From: Candidatus Cloacimonadales bacterium
Lineage (GTDB): Bacteria; Cloacimonadota; Cloacimonadia; Cloacimonadales; JAFGVF01
Direction of reading: 5' to 3'
Length of the DNA: 64,000 bases
Assembly (NCBI GenBank): GCA_963677815.1
Contig: OY782499.1
Coordinates: 412,408 to 476,407 of the forward strand
Shown: positions 37,974-47,828 of the stretch, piece by piece
Position numbering within the stretch: position 1 is the first letter of the stretch
Layout of the letters: each line of letters opens with the position of its first letter
Position numbers and translations under genes: made by a program
The notes under the pieces: model-generated
Databases searched by the model: none
What the model was told of the DNA's origin: nothing
What the model saw: only the letters and a program-made list of their open reading frames with translations

Positions 37974-39174
37974 AGTACCAAGAGGAGAAAGATTAGTCTT
38001 AACCTTAATTGGCAAAAGAAACGCTGGTAAATCATCTTTGATTAATGCTATGACAGGGCAAGATATTTCCATTGTTTCTGATACGCCAGGGACAACTACT
38101 GACCCTGTAGCAAAAGCTTATGAGCTACTTCCTTTAGGGCCTGTGACTATTTACGATACTGCTGGTATCGATGATGTAGGAGATTTAGGTCAACAAAGAG
38201 TTAAAAAAACACGTAAAATTCTTTTTAGAACTGATGTTGCAATTATTGTTACTGATTCTAGCACCTTTGATAATGATTTAGAGAATTTAGTTAATAGTCT
38301 AAAAGATATGAAAGTTCCTTATATTATTGCTTTTAATAAAAATGATTTAAATCCCCTTCCTCAAGAAACTAAAGTCTATTGCAAAGAGAATAATATTCCT
38401 TTTGCTTCTGTTTCAGGTTCAACAGGACAAGGGGTAAGATTACTTAAAGAAAAGTTAGTTTCCTTAGTACCTTCAACTTTAACCCACGAGAATAATTTGG
38501 TTTCAGATTTGCTTCGCCCAGGTCAACTAGTAGTCCTGGTTGTTCCTATTGATTTAGCTGCTCCTAAAGGAAGGTTAATCCTTCCTCAAGTACAGGTTCT
38601 CAGAGAAGTTTTGGATTCTGATGCTATCGGAATAATAGTTAAGGAAAGAGAACTAGAAAAAGCCCTAGCTGGCTTGAGTAGAAAGCCAGACCTTGTAATC
38701 ACAGACTCTCAGGTAGTTCTTAAAGTTGTTGGAGATGTACCTGCTGACGTTAGATTTACGACCTTCTCTACTCTATTTGCTCGATATAAAGGTGATTTTG
38801 AGACTCTAGTTAAAGGTGCTCAAGCAATTGATAAGCTAAAAGATGGTTCCAAGATTCTTATAGCAGAAGCATGTTCACATCATGTTCAAGCTGATGATAT
38901 TGGCACAGTTAAAATACCTCGCTGGATGAGACAGTTTACTGGTAAAGACTTAATCTTTGAAAAGAGTGCTGGTAATGATTTCCCTGAAAACTTAGAAGAT
39001 TATGACTTAGTTCTCCATTGTGGCTCTTGTATGCTTAACCAGATTGAAATGAAAAGAAGAATTATGGAATGTCAAAGAAGAGGAGTTCCTATTTCTAATT
39101 ATGGTGTGACAATATCTAAACTCCACGGTCTCTTAGACAGAGTTATTGAACCATTCTTTATGAAAAACGAATAA
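37966..39174 (+). CDS. hydF: [FeFe]-hydrogenase maturation GTPase HydF (start moved to ATG 37966)
   Basis: GKRNAGKSS, PGTTTDPV, DTAG, NK.D, APKGRLILPQ, EACSH...HCGSC Fe-S ligands; AAGGAG RBS before 37966. Confidence 0.93.
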   Translation: MAKVPRGERLVLTLIGKRNAGKSSLINAMTGQDISIVSDTPGTTTDPVAKAYELLPLGPVTIYDTAGIDDVGDLGQQRVKKTRKILFRTDVAIIVTDSSTFDNDLENLVNSLKDMKVPYIIAFNKNDLNPLPQETKVYCKENNIPFASVSGSTGQGVRLLKEKLVSLVPSTLTHENNLVSDLLRPGQLVVLVVPIDLAAPKGRLILPQVQVLREVLDSDAIGIIVKERELEKALAGLSRKPDLVITDSQVVLKVVGDVPADVRFTTFSTLFARYKGDFETLVKGAQAIDKLKDGSKILIAEACSHHVQADDIGTVKIPRWMRQFTGKDLIFEKSAGNDFPENLEDYDLVLHCGSCMLNQIEMKRRIMECQRRGVPISNYGVTISKLHGLLDRVIEPFFMKNE

Positions 39175-39203
39175 TAATTGATTAAACAAACTTAGGAGGG
39201 CTA

Positions 39204-39935
39204 ATGGGGAAAATTGTGTTTTGGCTTCTGATTCTACAGCTATCATTATTATCTGCTGTTCAGGATAAATCAACTGAGGTTAATATAAGTAATAATAACA
39301 ATAGCTATCTGAATGATACTAAAGATAATGCTTCTAGTAAAAAGAAAATATCTTTCTTAAATCATGATAAATTTGATATCTACTTGGCTTTAACATTTGG
39401 GTTAAATACTTGTTTTCTTTCTTCATCAACCGATGATTATGAAACTTATGGAAATAAAGACTCTTTCAATAAAGTTTTGTATGGAGAAAACATTGGCTTT
39501 AGCTGGATACTTAACAATGCAGAAAGTTCAAGCTACAATAAATGGTTTTTAGAACATGAAGCAGGAGTATATTATTCTGAAGAAATGTCTGATACTAAAA
39601 GCTATAAAGTTCTAAAAGCTTCAAAAAGTGTGCCATATATTCAGTTTGCAGAATCAAGCAGGGCTGTTTATGAAATTAATCAGAACATGTTTTTATCTTT
39701 AGGTTTTGGATTTTATTTTGGTAGAGGAATTTCTAAAGAGTTTCGCGGAGATAGCTTTAATTTATTTTATCTATCATCCTATCGAATTAATAATATTGAA
39801 CTTGAGTTAATATACAAGTGCAGACTCATAGATTGGGATTCATTATTTATTCATGGTATCACTATGGGAGAATATACTGATATAGCTTATACAACTAATC
39901 AAGTTTTGAAACTAAATTTAAAAATGAGGTACTAA
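39204..39935 (+). CDS. Hypothetical exported protein, possibly a small outer-membrane beta-barrel
   Basis: GGAGG RBS, signal peptide, amphipathic strands, C-terminal LNLKMRY. Confidence 0.55.
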   Translation: MGKIVFWLLILQLSLLSAVQDKSTEVNISNNNNSYLNDTKDNASSKKKISFLNHDKFDIYLALTFGLNTCFLSSSTDDYETYGNKDSFNKVLYGENIGFSWILNNAESSSYNKWFLEHEAGVYYSEEMSDTKSYKVLKASKSVPYIQFAESSRAVYEINQNMFLSLGFGFYFGRGISKEFRGDSFNLFYLSSYRINNIELELIYKCRLIDWDSLFIHGITMGEYTDIAYTTNQVLKLNLKMRY

Positions 39936-39958
39936 AAGGCTCCTATACAGGAGCCTTT
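39934..39958. terminator. Hairpin terminator
   Basis: AAAAGGCTCCT-ATAC-AGGAGCCTTT. Confidence 0.7.
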
Positions 39959-40134
39959 AGCAAGAAACATAATCTTTTTTATTGCAATTCATAAACTACA
40001 ATTGGGAAAGCACATTATCATATTTCTAAATCACACGTTAATAATATAATGTAACTATCTATTTTAGTCAAACTCTTCAGTACAAAAAGCAAATTATTCT
40101 AGGTAAAATGCACAATATGAGACTGAGTTACAAA

Positions 40135-40686
40135 TTAATTATCTTCAGATAAATCTCTTTTCCTTCTAAATCTACCTTGTCCTGGTGGATGAGGCATCAT
40201 TTCATCTCCTTCAGGATGCTCGATAGCTAATTCTCCTGATTTGCTTTCCAGATTGATTTTTTTCATCATCATTTTCACATGATAACCATAAAACCTTTCA
40301 GCCTCTTCTTTGTTAAGAGTTTTTCTAGTTTCTATCATTTCATTATAGAAAGTTTTACTAATCTCGCTAGTAATTGTTTGAATTTTCTGATTCATAACTT
40401 CTAATTTCTCATAATCAGGATTTGCACTAGCTAGTTCTTTCATAAAGTTTAATCTTAAATTTCTATTTTTATCATGCAAAGGCTTAATTACCTGACGATA
40501 TTTATTATGTATTTCAGGTCTTTGTTGTTTCATTTCTCTGTAATGAATCTCTTTATCATTCTGATCCATATCTTGGATAATTACTCTGTGGGTAAAAAAG
40601 AAATAAGCTAAAGTTGCAATTACAGCTATGTTAAAGGCAGTAACAAGCATAGGGACAATAAAGAAAAGTGCTTTTTTAATCTTCAT
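40135..40686 (-). CDS. Membrane-anchored periplasmic Spy/CpxP/heavy-metal-sensor-like protein
   Basis: N-terminal TM ending in FN..V; helical domain with EL.SANPD.EKL and L..EE..RF; follows an ECF/anti-sigma pair. Confidence 0.6.
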   Translation of the reverse strand: MKIKKALFFIVPMLVTAFNIAVIATLAYFFFTHRVIIQDMDQNDKEIHYREMKQQRPEIHNKYRQVIKPLHDKNRNLRLNFMKELASANPDYEKLEVMNQKIQTITSEISKTFYNEMIETRKTLNKEEAERFYGYHVKMMMKKINLESKSGELAIEHPEGDEMMPHPPGQGRFRRKRDLSEDN

Positions 40687-40695
40687 AAGCTCTCC

Positions 40696-41109
40696 TTAAT
40701 CTCCATAGTAATAATTCATTACATCATCTATTTCTAATGAAGAATATAAGTTAGTATCATTTGGAGAATTCAAAGTATCTTCAGGAGTGATAAAGACAAA
40801 GCTAGTGAATAAAATGCCTAAAAGAAAACTCATCATTGACCCTAACAAGGCTGGGGCATATCTTTTATAAAAAGGTAATGGTTTTACCTGATATTTAACA
40901 GAATTCAGAACCCTCTTATATATATCTTCAGGTACCAAATCATTACTTACTTTGTTTAGAAGTTTATCTACTTCTTGAAACTTAGTAAATAGTTTAGCAA
41001 AATCTTGATCTTTCTTTATTCTAACTTCTACTTCTTCTTTTTCTGTTATACTAGCCTGACCATCTAAATATCTATTAATTAATTTTTCATCTTTCATACT
41101 TCCTCCCAC
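40696..41109 (-). CDS. Anti-sigma factor
   Basis: LINRYLDG...EVE N-terminus, single TM, directly after the ECF sigma gene. Confidence 0.75.
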   Translation of the reverse strand: MGGSMKDEKLINRYLDGQASITEKEEVEVRIKKDQDFAKLFTKFQEVDKLLNKVSNDLVPEDIYKRVLNSVKYQVKPLPFYKRYAPALLGSMMSFLLGILFTSFVFITPEDTLNSPNDTNLYSSLEIDDVMNYYYGD

Positions 41110-41120
41110 AAAAGAAGTTT

Positions 41121-41630
41121 TTATAAAATAATTCCCAAATCACTTTGAGCTTTTTTCTCTATTATTTTTCTCAATTTCTTCTTAGCTCTCACTAAAAGAC
41201 TTTCTATTGCCTTAATAGTTAAGCCAGTTTCTTGAGCTATTTCTTTATAAGACTTTTTTTGATATATTTTCATTTCTATTAGTAATGACATCTTTGCTGG
41301 CAATTGAGCCATAGCATATTTTATGATGTCTTTGTATAAGTCTTCTTTGTCCTGATTCCCTAAATCAGCAATATTACTAAAATCTAAGTTGGGAAAAGAT
41401 ATTTCTCTTTTCCTTTTTTTAAGATAGTCTAAGGAGTTATTATGACAAGCTCTGTACAAGTAGGGAGAAACTTTATCTGAATCTACACTTTCCATCTTAT
41501 TATAAAAAGCAAGAAAAACACCCTGTAAAACATCTTCGGCATCTTCCCTTTGTCTTACGAATTTTAGTATATAATTATATAATTTAGGAGTGAATTCTTT
41601 GACTATATCTTCGAATTTATCTCTACTCAT
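41121..41630 (-). CDS. ECF RNA polymerase sigma factor
   Basis: DAEDVLQ.VF, YLYR..HN..LD region 2; SYKEIAQ...RAKKKL region 4. Confidence 0.92.
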   Translation of the reverse strand: MSRDKFEDIVKEFTPKLYNYILKFVRQREDAEDVLQGVFLAFYNKMESVDSDKVSPYLYRACHNNSLDYLKKRKREISFPNLDFSNIADLGNQDKEDLYKDIIKYAMAQLPAKMSLLIEMKIYQKKSYKEIAQETGLTIKAIESLLVRAKKKLRKIIEKKAQSDLGIIL

Positions 41631-41708
41631 TCTCTCTCCTATTTTATAAGACTATTATACTTCTAATATCCTGCAATTATTTTTGGGAATAATTTTCTAA
41701 TAAGGGAA

Positions 41709-42021
41709 CACCCCCTATATTCCCCCTCATTAAGGGGGATTTTAATTGCACACCTATATTCCCCCTCATTTAGGGGGATTTTAACCCAGATTGCGCAATA
41801 GAACTTTAGTAATACTTCGCTAAAGCTACGTATCACAGGCGAAGAGTGCAGATTCTTTTAGAAAAATAGCTTACAGAATTTTGACGCATATAATATATAT
41901 ATTCGGAGAAATTATGGAAGTTACTTTTGCAGAAGAATATTGTGCTATTCACAAAGGTCTACTGCATTATTTGGGTTTAATTGCACCCCTATATTCACCC
42001 CCTCATTAAGAGGGATTTTAA
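41709..42021. repeat. Three tandem REP-like units (~39 bp) interrupted by a MITE
   Basis: CCTATATTCCCCCTCATTAAGGGGGATTTTAA-type units at about 41709, 41746 and 41981. Confidence 0.8.
41785..41975. mobile_element. Foldback MITE, longest copy (191 bp), with TTTAA target-site duplication
   Basis: CCCAGATTGCGCAATAGA...TCTACTGCATTATTTGGG; TTTAA at 41780-41784 and 41976-41980; removal restores the REP junction GATTTTAATTGCAC. Confidence 0.9.
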
Positions 42022-42040
42022 CCATTTGGGTTAAAGCTAT

Positions 42041-42069
42041 AATAAAGGGCGTATCACCTATACGCCCTT
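42041..42069 (-). terminator. Hairpin terminator after the response regulator
   Basis: AAGGGCGTAT-CACCT-ATACGCCCTT. Confidence 0.6.
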
Positions 42070-42093
42070 AGAAAAAATATTTTACATATTGTC

Positions 42094-42723
42094 TTACTTA
42101 TCGTCTTTCTTGTCGTCTTCCTCAAACTCGTCTTCAAGTACTTTAGTGTAGCAAGTAGGACATATACTGTGACTAAACTGAGTATCAGTATGTTCACTAA
42201 TATAGACTTCTAAATCCTGCCACTGATTTTCCTCAACTCTTACTTTCTTACAATAAGAACATATTGAAATCATTTTTTCTAGATTTCTAAGTCTATCAAG
42301 AGTCTCTTCTAGCTGTTGTCTTTGATATTCTAATTTGAGAGCAGATTTAACTCTTAGCATTAATTCAACATGGTTAAAAGGCTTAGAAATATAATCCATT
42401 GCTCCTAAATTAAAAGATTTCTTTAAAGGTTTCATTTCATCAGCTAGAGGAAGAGCAGTAATAACAATAACTGGGATATGTTTCCAAGCATTTCTTTGTT
42501 TTACTATTTCAAGAATATCATAACCACTAAGTTCAGGCATCATAATATCCAAGAGAAGTATATCGGGTTTATTCTTTTCCATACTAGTTAAAAGTTCATT
42601 ACCATTATTAAGTAGTGTAAGGTTATAGAATCCATGTTGATTCAGAATAGCCTTAATTAAGCGTAAGTTTATCGGGTCATCATCAACAATATAGATTAGC
42701 ATGTTTTCTAATTGTTTATCCAT
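42094..42723 (-). CDS. Response regulator: REC + coiled coil + C-terminal Cys motif
   Basis: IVDDD, LLDIMMP, DYISKPF; ICSYCKK...SHSICPTC. Confidence 0.88.
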   Translation of the reverse strand: MDKQLENMLIYIVDDDPINLRLIKAILNQHGFYNLTLLNNGNELLTSMEKNKPDILLLDIMMPELSGYDILEIVKQRNAWKHIPVIVITALPLADEMKPLKKSFNLGAMDYISKPFNHVELMLRVKSALKLEYQRQQLEETLDRLRNLEKMISICSYCKKVRVEENQWQDLEVYISEHTDTQFSHSICPTCYTKVLEDEFEEDDKKDDK

Positions 42724-42732
42724 ATATATCCT

Positions 42733-44487
42733 CTAACTTTTTTGAATGTTACTGTGTTCAAACATTTCTTCTAAAGTATCATATTTATCAAATAAGGATT
42801 TAGCTTCTTGAAGCTGATTATCCATTTCAATTCTAATCTTATATCCTTCCTGACTTCCAAATTTCTTCTCTATTATCTCACTTGTCAATGTAAGTTTTAT
42901 ATAATCTTCAGCTTCAGCTAAATCTGCTTTCGATGGATTAGTAAGATCTATAGGATTCGAAAGGGCTGGGTTGATATTTTTATCCTGGTCTTCAGTCTCA
43001 TTTTCTTTTGCTTGACTTTCTTTTTCAGCAACAAAGGCAATAAAATCTTTATAAATTTTATTGTTTACTCTGAAATCAAGGTCAACATCATCAGCATGAT
43101 CTAGCATATATTCAACTGCATAATCAAAGAATAAGTTCTTTCTTCGAAGTTCTAGTTCAAAACGGGAAAGTGTATCAGCTTGTACTATGATATCAGGAGT
43201 AACACCACCTCCACCATAGACAGTTCTACCTTTAGCTGTTTTGTAAATATGCTCATGATTGAATTTATCAATATCTTCTTTTTCTTGTTCACTTACTTTC
43301 TTTCCATTAAGTAACTTATCGTTAATAATCTTATGAATACATCGACCAGAATTAATATAGTAATGTGAGGTTGTTATCTTGATTCCTGAACCATCTCTTA
43401 AAGGGAAAAGTTGTTGTACTGAACCTTTACCAAATGAGGTCTTACCAACCACAAGACCTCTATCATAATCCTGCATAGAACCTGCAAAGATTTCTGAGGC
43501 AGAAGCTGAAGCTTCGTTGATAAGAACAACTATCGGATAATCTGGACGCATAATATCTTTTGTAGTAAAATAATCTTCATTAGCGTATTCTATTCTACCT
43601 TTTGTATAAACAACTCTTTTACCCTTGCCAATAAATTCATTCACTGTATTAATTGCTTCAGAAAGAAGTCCACCTGGATTAAATCTTAAATCTATAATTA
43701 AGCCCTTTATTCCCTCTTCCTCAAGGGCATCTAATGATTCACCAAGTTCTTCAGATGTATTAGCATTAAATTGTGACATTCTGATATAACCAACATTATT
43801 ATCCATTTTGAAGCTATAAGGAATACTGTTTATTTTAATAATATCTCTCACAATTTTAAAATCTAAAGGTTCCTTGACACCAGGTCTAATAACAGTAATT
43901 ACAACTTCTGAACCAACTTCACCACGCATTTTTTTAATAGATTGGTCAGTAGTAATACCTGTAATATCCTCCCCATCAACCTTCCAAATCATATCGCCGG
44001 CCATAATTCCCATACGGTAAGCAGGAGTTCCTTGAATAGGCGATACTACAGTTATATAATCGCCCTTCTTATCTATTTGAATTCCTAAACCACCAAATTC
44101 ACCTTTAGTAGAAGAAGTAAAATTCTTGAAATCATCTGGAGAAAAATAAGTAGTATGAGGGTCTAAACCCTTCAACATACCATTTATAGCATCTTCCATT
44201 AATTTGCCATAATCAACTTCATCAACATAGATTGCATCAAGTCTTTGGATAATAGTTACGATTTTTTCTATTAGTTCAGGCATTGTTGGGGCATCATCTT
44301 CTGAAGATACTTCCCTATTAGAAGACATTGTCTGACTTGTTTGAATTCCTTCCTCAAGGGCTAGAACATCATCAATAAATTTATCAGAATTTTCACTAAT
44401 TGCATTGTTATAAGCGATCAGACTTGTTATCACCCACAGAATTCCAAATACTAATATAATTATCTTGTTTGAATTATTCAGCTTCAT
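42733..44487 (-). CDS. ctpA: S41 family carboxyl-terminal processing protease (start likely ATG 44487)
   Basis: LDPHT, GGLGI PDZ, DLRFNPGG, SASASEI, SFGKGSVQ. Confidence 0.92.
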   Translation of the reverse strand: MKLNNSNKIIILVFGILWVITSLIAYNNAISENSDKFIDDVLALEEGIQTSQTMSSNREVSSEDDAPTMPELIEKIVTIIQRLDAIYVDEVDYGKLMEDAINGMLKGLDPHTTYFSPDDFKNFTSSTKGEFGGLGIQIDKKGDYITVVSPIQGTPAYRMGIMAGDMIWKVDGEDITGITTDQSIKKMRGEVGSEVVITVIRPGVKEPLDFKIVRDIIKINSIPYSFKMDNNVGYIRMSQFNANTSEELGESLDALEEEGIKGLIIDLRFNPGGLLSEAINTVNEFIGKGKRVVYTKGRIEYANEDYFTTKDIMRPDYPIVVLINEASASASEIFAGSMQDYDRGLVVGKTSFGKGSVQQLFPLRDGSGIKITTSHYYINSGRCIHKIINDKLLNGKKVSEQEKEDIDKFNHEHIYKTAKGRTVYGGGGVTPDIIVQADTLSRFELELRRKNLFFDYAVEYMLDHADDVDLDFRVNNKIYKDFIAFVAEKESQAKENETEDQDKNINPALSNPIDLTNPSKADLAEAEDYIKLTLTSEIIEKKFGSQEGYKIRIEMDNQLQEAKSLFDKYDTLEEMFEHSNIQKS

Positions 44488-45112
44488 TTTCACCATCCAT
44501 TTTTCTTTTGATTTCATATCTAATTCTATCTGCTATTATCTCAGGACTTTGCCTTCCGTCAATAACAATATATCTATTACTATATTTTTTTGCAAGATTT
44601 AAAAATTCTTTTCTTACTTTCTGATGAAATTCTTTTGATTCTTGCTCCATTCTATCCTTACCTCTTCCAGCAATTCTTGCTTGACTTTCTTCAACAGTTA
44701 TATCTAATAGAAAAGTTAAATCTGGAGAAGTAGAATAGGTCGAGAAATCTATTAATAAATCAATAAACTTAAAGTCTAAATCTCGAGCAGCCCCTTGATA
44801 AGCAAGGGTTGAATCATAGTAACGGTCACAAATAACATGTTTACCTTCATCAAGAGCAGGAATAATCTTTGTTCCTGTGTGCTGACTTCTACTTGCCATA
44901 TAAAGAAGAAGTTCTGTTTCAGGATTCATATCATGATTTTCATTATCTAACAAGATTTCTCTTATCTTTTCAGATATTAACGTTCCACCTGGTTCTCTAG
45001 TTACTATAAAATCTAAATTATTTTCTGTAAAATAATCAGCTAATACTTTTGTTTGGGTACTTTTACCACAGCCCTCTATACCTTCAAAGGTTATAAATAA
45101 GCCTCTTTTCAT
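44474..45112 (-). CDS. tmk: Thymidylate kinase
   Basis: FEGIEGCGKST, REPGGT, DRYYDST.AYQG. Confidence 0.96.
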   Translation of the reverse strand: MKRGLFITFEGIEGCGKSTQTKVLADYFTENNLDFIVTREPGGTLISEKIREILLDNENHDMNPETELLLYMASRSQHTGTKIIPALDEGKHVICDRYYDSTLAYQGAARDLDFKFIDLLIDFSTYSTSPDLTFLLDITVEESQARIAGRGKDRMEQESKEFHQKVRKEFLNLAKKYSNRYIVIDGRQSPEIIADRIRYEIKRKMDGENEAE

Positions 45113-45153
45113 ATTTATTCCTATATTTTATTTATATTTACACTTCACAATAA

Positions 45154-45172
45154 CTCTACTGCTCTATCTGGG
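45154..45172. mobile_element. MITE end fragment (copy 8) abutting the nadB stop codon
   Basis: CTCTACTGCTCTATCTGGG|TTAAA; TTA at 45173-45175 is the nadB stop. Confidence 0.5.
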
Positions 45173-46771
45173 TTAAACAATAGTGTCTTTTTTAAATTTT
45201 ACTTCGTCTCTTTCTGGATAATCAATAACATAGTGAGCTCCTCGGCTCTCCTTACGCATTAAGGCAGACTCAACAATAGTCTGAGCAATAATAGCGATAT
45301 TCCTAGTTTCAATCACTTCTTTTCTCACAGAATTGTGTTGATAGAAATTATTTATTTCCTTATAGATATTTTCTAGTCTAGAAAGAGCATATTTTAGCAG
45401 TCTTCTTGACCTAATAATCCCAACATAACCCTGCATAATAGTACCAATAATTTCTCTATTATTGGCAATAATTACCCATTCATTTTCATTAAACTCACCT
45501 AAGTCATGCCATTGACTAAATTCTGGAAAGTTAACTTTTTCTTGAATATCCTTGCAGTTAGCAGCCCTATAAGCTATTACCAAACTCTCCAAAAGGGAAT
45601 TTGATGCCAGCCTGTTTGCCCCATGAAGACCTGTACAAGCTACTTCTCCTGCAGCATAAAGCCCTTTAATATCAGTCTGACCATCAATAGAGGTTAGAAT
45701 ACCCCCACAGAAATAATGAGCTGCTGGAGCAATTGGAATAGCTTCTTTAGTGAAATCAATTCCATATTTTAAACACTTCTTATTTATATAAGGAAAATGA
45801 TTCTTAAGCTTTTCAGAATTTATATGAGTGGCATCTAATAGTAAATATTTATCTCCTGATAACTTTAATTCGCGTTCAATTGCTCTTGAAACAATATCTC
45901 TTGGCGCTAAGCATCCCATAGGATGGTACTTATCCATAAATGTCTGACCATTTTGAAGTTTTAAAACAGCTCCCTCACCTCGCAGGGCTTCACTAACTAA
46001 AAATGTTTTACCTGTAGGGGAGTAAAATGCAGTTGGATGAAATTGAACAAATTCCATGTTAGCCAATCTTGCCCCTGCCAGCTTTGCCATGGCCATACCA
46101 TCGCCAGTAGTTACTGTTGGGTTAGTATTATGTTTATATACTTGACCTGCTCCACCTGTGGCTAACATTGTTTTCTTAGCCCTGAAGATTTCTATTTTAT
46201 TGGTCTGATTGTCCATTATATAGGCTCCCCAGCAGGTAATTTCTGCAATAAATTCATCCAATTGGGGAATATGATGTTGGGTAATTAAATCAACAGCCAA
46301 ATGGTTTTCATAGAGGTCAATTTTATCATTTTTTTTACAGTTGTCTATTAGAGCTTCCATGATTAAATGGCCAGTAGAATCTTTGGCATAAGCAACTCTT
46401 GGCCTTGAATGACCACCTTCCCTAGTTAAGGATAAGTTCTCTAATGAACCAGACCTATAAACATCTTTGGATGTAAATTGTGTTCCTATATCTATTAAAT
46501 ATTGGATTAACTTAGGGCCATCTTCAACAATTGTCCTAATAATTTTCTTTTTGCCTAACTCAGCTCCAGCTCTGTAAGTATCATTTATATGATCTTCAAA
46601 AGAATCTTGTTTATTCAAAACAGCTGCAATTCCACCTTGAGCATAATCAGTATTGCAGTCTCTTAATTTTTTCTTTGTTATAACAGCCACTCTGCCGTAT
46701 TTAGATACCTCTAAAGCAAAGACTAAACCGGCTATGCCACTACCAATCACTAAATAATCATAATCTTTCAT
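45173..46771 (-). CDS. nadB: L-aspartate oxidase
   Basis: GSGIAG, AQGGIA, EGGHS, QFHPT, SEALRGEG, HYFCGG, LHGANRLASNSLLE. Confidence 0.93.
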   Translation of the reverse strand: MKDYDYLVIGSGIAGLVFALEVSKYGRVAVITKKKLRDCNTDYAQGGIAAVLNKQDSFEDHINDTYRAGAELGKKKIIRTIVEDGPKLIQYLIDIGTQFTSKDVYRSGSLENLSLTREGGHSRPRVAYAKDSTGHLIMEALIDNCKKNDKIDLYENHLAVDLITQHHIPQLDEFIAEITCWGAYIMDNQTNKIEIFRAKKTMLATGGAGQVYKHNTNPTVTTGDGMAMAKLAGARLANMEFVQFHPTAFYSPTGKTFLVSEALRGEGAVLKLQNGQTFMDKYHPMGCLAPRDIVSRAIERELKLSGDKYLLLDATHINSEKLKNHFPYINKKCLKYGIDFTKEAIPIAPAAHYFCGGILTSIDGQTDIKGLYAAGEVACTGLHGANRLASNSLLESLVIAYRAANCKDIQEKVNFPEFSQWHDLGEFNENEWVIIANNREIIGTIMQGYVGIIRSRRLLKYALSRLENIYKEINNFYQHNSVRKEVIETRNIAIIAQTIVESALMRKESRGAHYVIDYPERDEVKFKKDTIV

Positions 46772-46813
46772 TTACGCCTTCTTACATTTCTCAGGATCTG
46801 TTAACCTACAAAA

Positions 46814-47362
46814 TCAATCATCAGTTAATATCTCAGCTAACAAGCTATCCATCTTTTCTCCGTCAACATCTAAATCTAATCTCATAATTAAAGCATCTTC
46901 TTGAGGGCAAGAATAGTAATCCTTCCTTCTTGCAATTTCTTTAAACTCAAATTTCTTATAGAGTTTGATTGCCGGGATGTTTGATTGCCTAACTTCTAAA
47001 TATATGTTTAAACATTCAAACTCAATAGCTTTCTCTATTAGTTTAGTAAGAAGATAAGTACCGAATCCTTTTCCTTGAAATTCTTTACTAACTCCAATAT
47101 TCATTATAGAATACTCTCCATAGATTTCCCAAGCTAAGAAAAAACCAACTATTTTTTCCTTATATTCAAGGAGATAATTATGTTTGCAAGATTTAATTTG
47201 ACCAGCAATTACTTTGGTAAATAATGATTTGCTTTCTAATTCTTCAAGAAAAACTTCAGCAGTCCATGGGTCTGAAAATAAGTCTTCCTCAATAGCTAAT
47301 ATTTGTGAAATATCAGCTTTTTCAATCTCTCTAAGACTTAAATCTTCTTCCTTTATATTCAT
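46814..47362 (-). CDS. rimI: Ribosomal-protein-alanine N-acetyltransferase
   Basis: F.DPW, NIGV...QGKGFG, LEVRQSN..AI.LY.KF.F...RRKDYY...EDA..M. Confidence 0.88.
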   Translation of the reverse strand: MNIKEEDLSLREIEKADISQILAIEEDLFSDPWTAEVFLEELESKSLFTKVIAGQIKSCKHNYLLEYKEKIVGFFLAWEIYGEYSIMNIGVSKEFQGKGFGTYLLTKLIEKAIEFECLNIYLEVRQSNIPAIKLYKKFEFKEIARRKDYYSCPQEDALIMRLDLDVDGEKMDSLLAEILTDD

Positions 47363-47828
47363 TATTTAGACCTTACTCATAATTTTTATTCTGTAAAATA
47401 CCAGTCTAGTTCATTTAATATATTTTTCCTAATTTGTCAATGGGAATAATTGAGGAGGGGTTGAATGGAGAAAATCATTCAACACGAAAGTTACATCAAG
47501 ATTTTCTAAACTATCGCTACAGCGATGAAAAAGATGTTTTAAATTCAAATTAAATTTGCCTTAGATGAATCAATTATAAGTTTAGTTTCACGTTTCTAAA
47601 TATTATAGAAAATATCCATAGAATTAAAAAGCTTTTACTTAATTCTTTTGTGATAAAACAGAAAATCTGTGAAAATTCATCAACAAGTACTTTGAGACCT
47701 AGGTTAAAATCGGCTGTAGGTAAGTTCCATGGCAAGTTACAGTTGCAGATTATTTTAGGCTTAAGTTAAAGTATGGTGGAAGAAAATTGTTAAAGACAAA
47801 TTTTGTCATTAGTGTGATTTTATTCATA

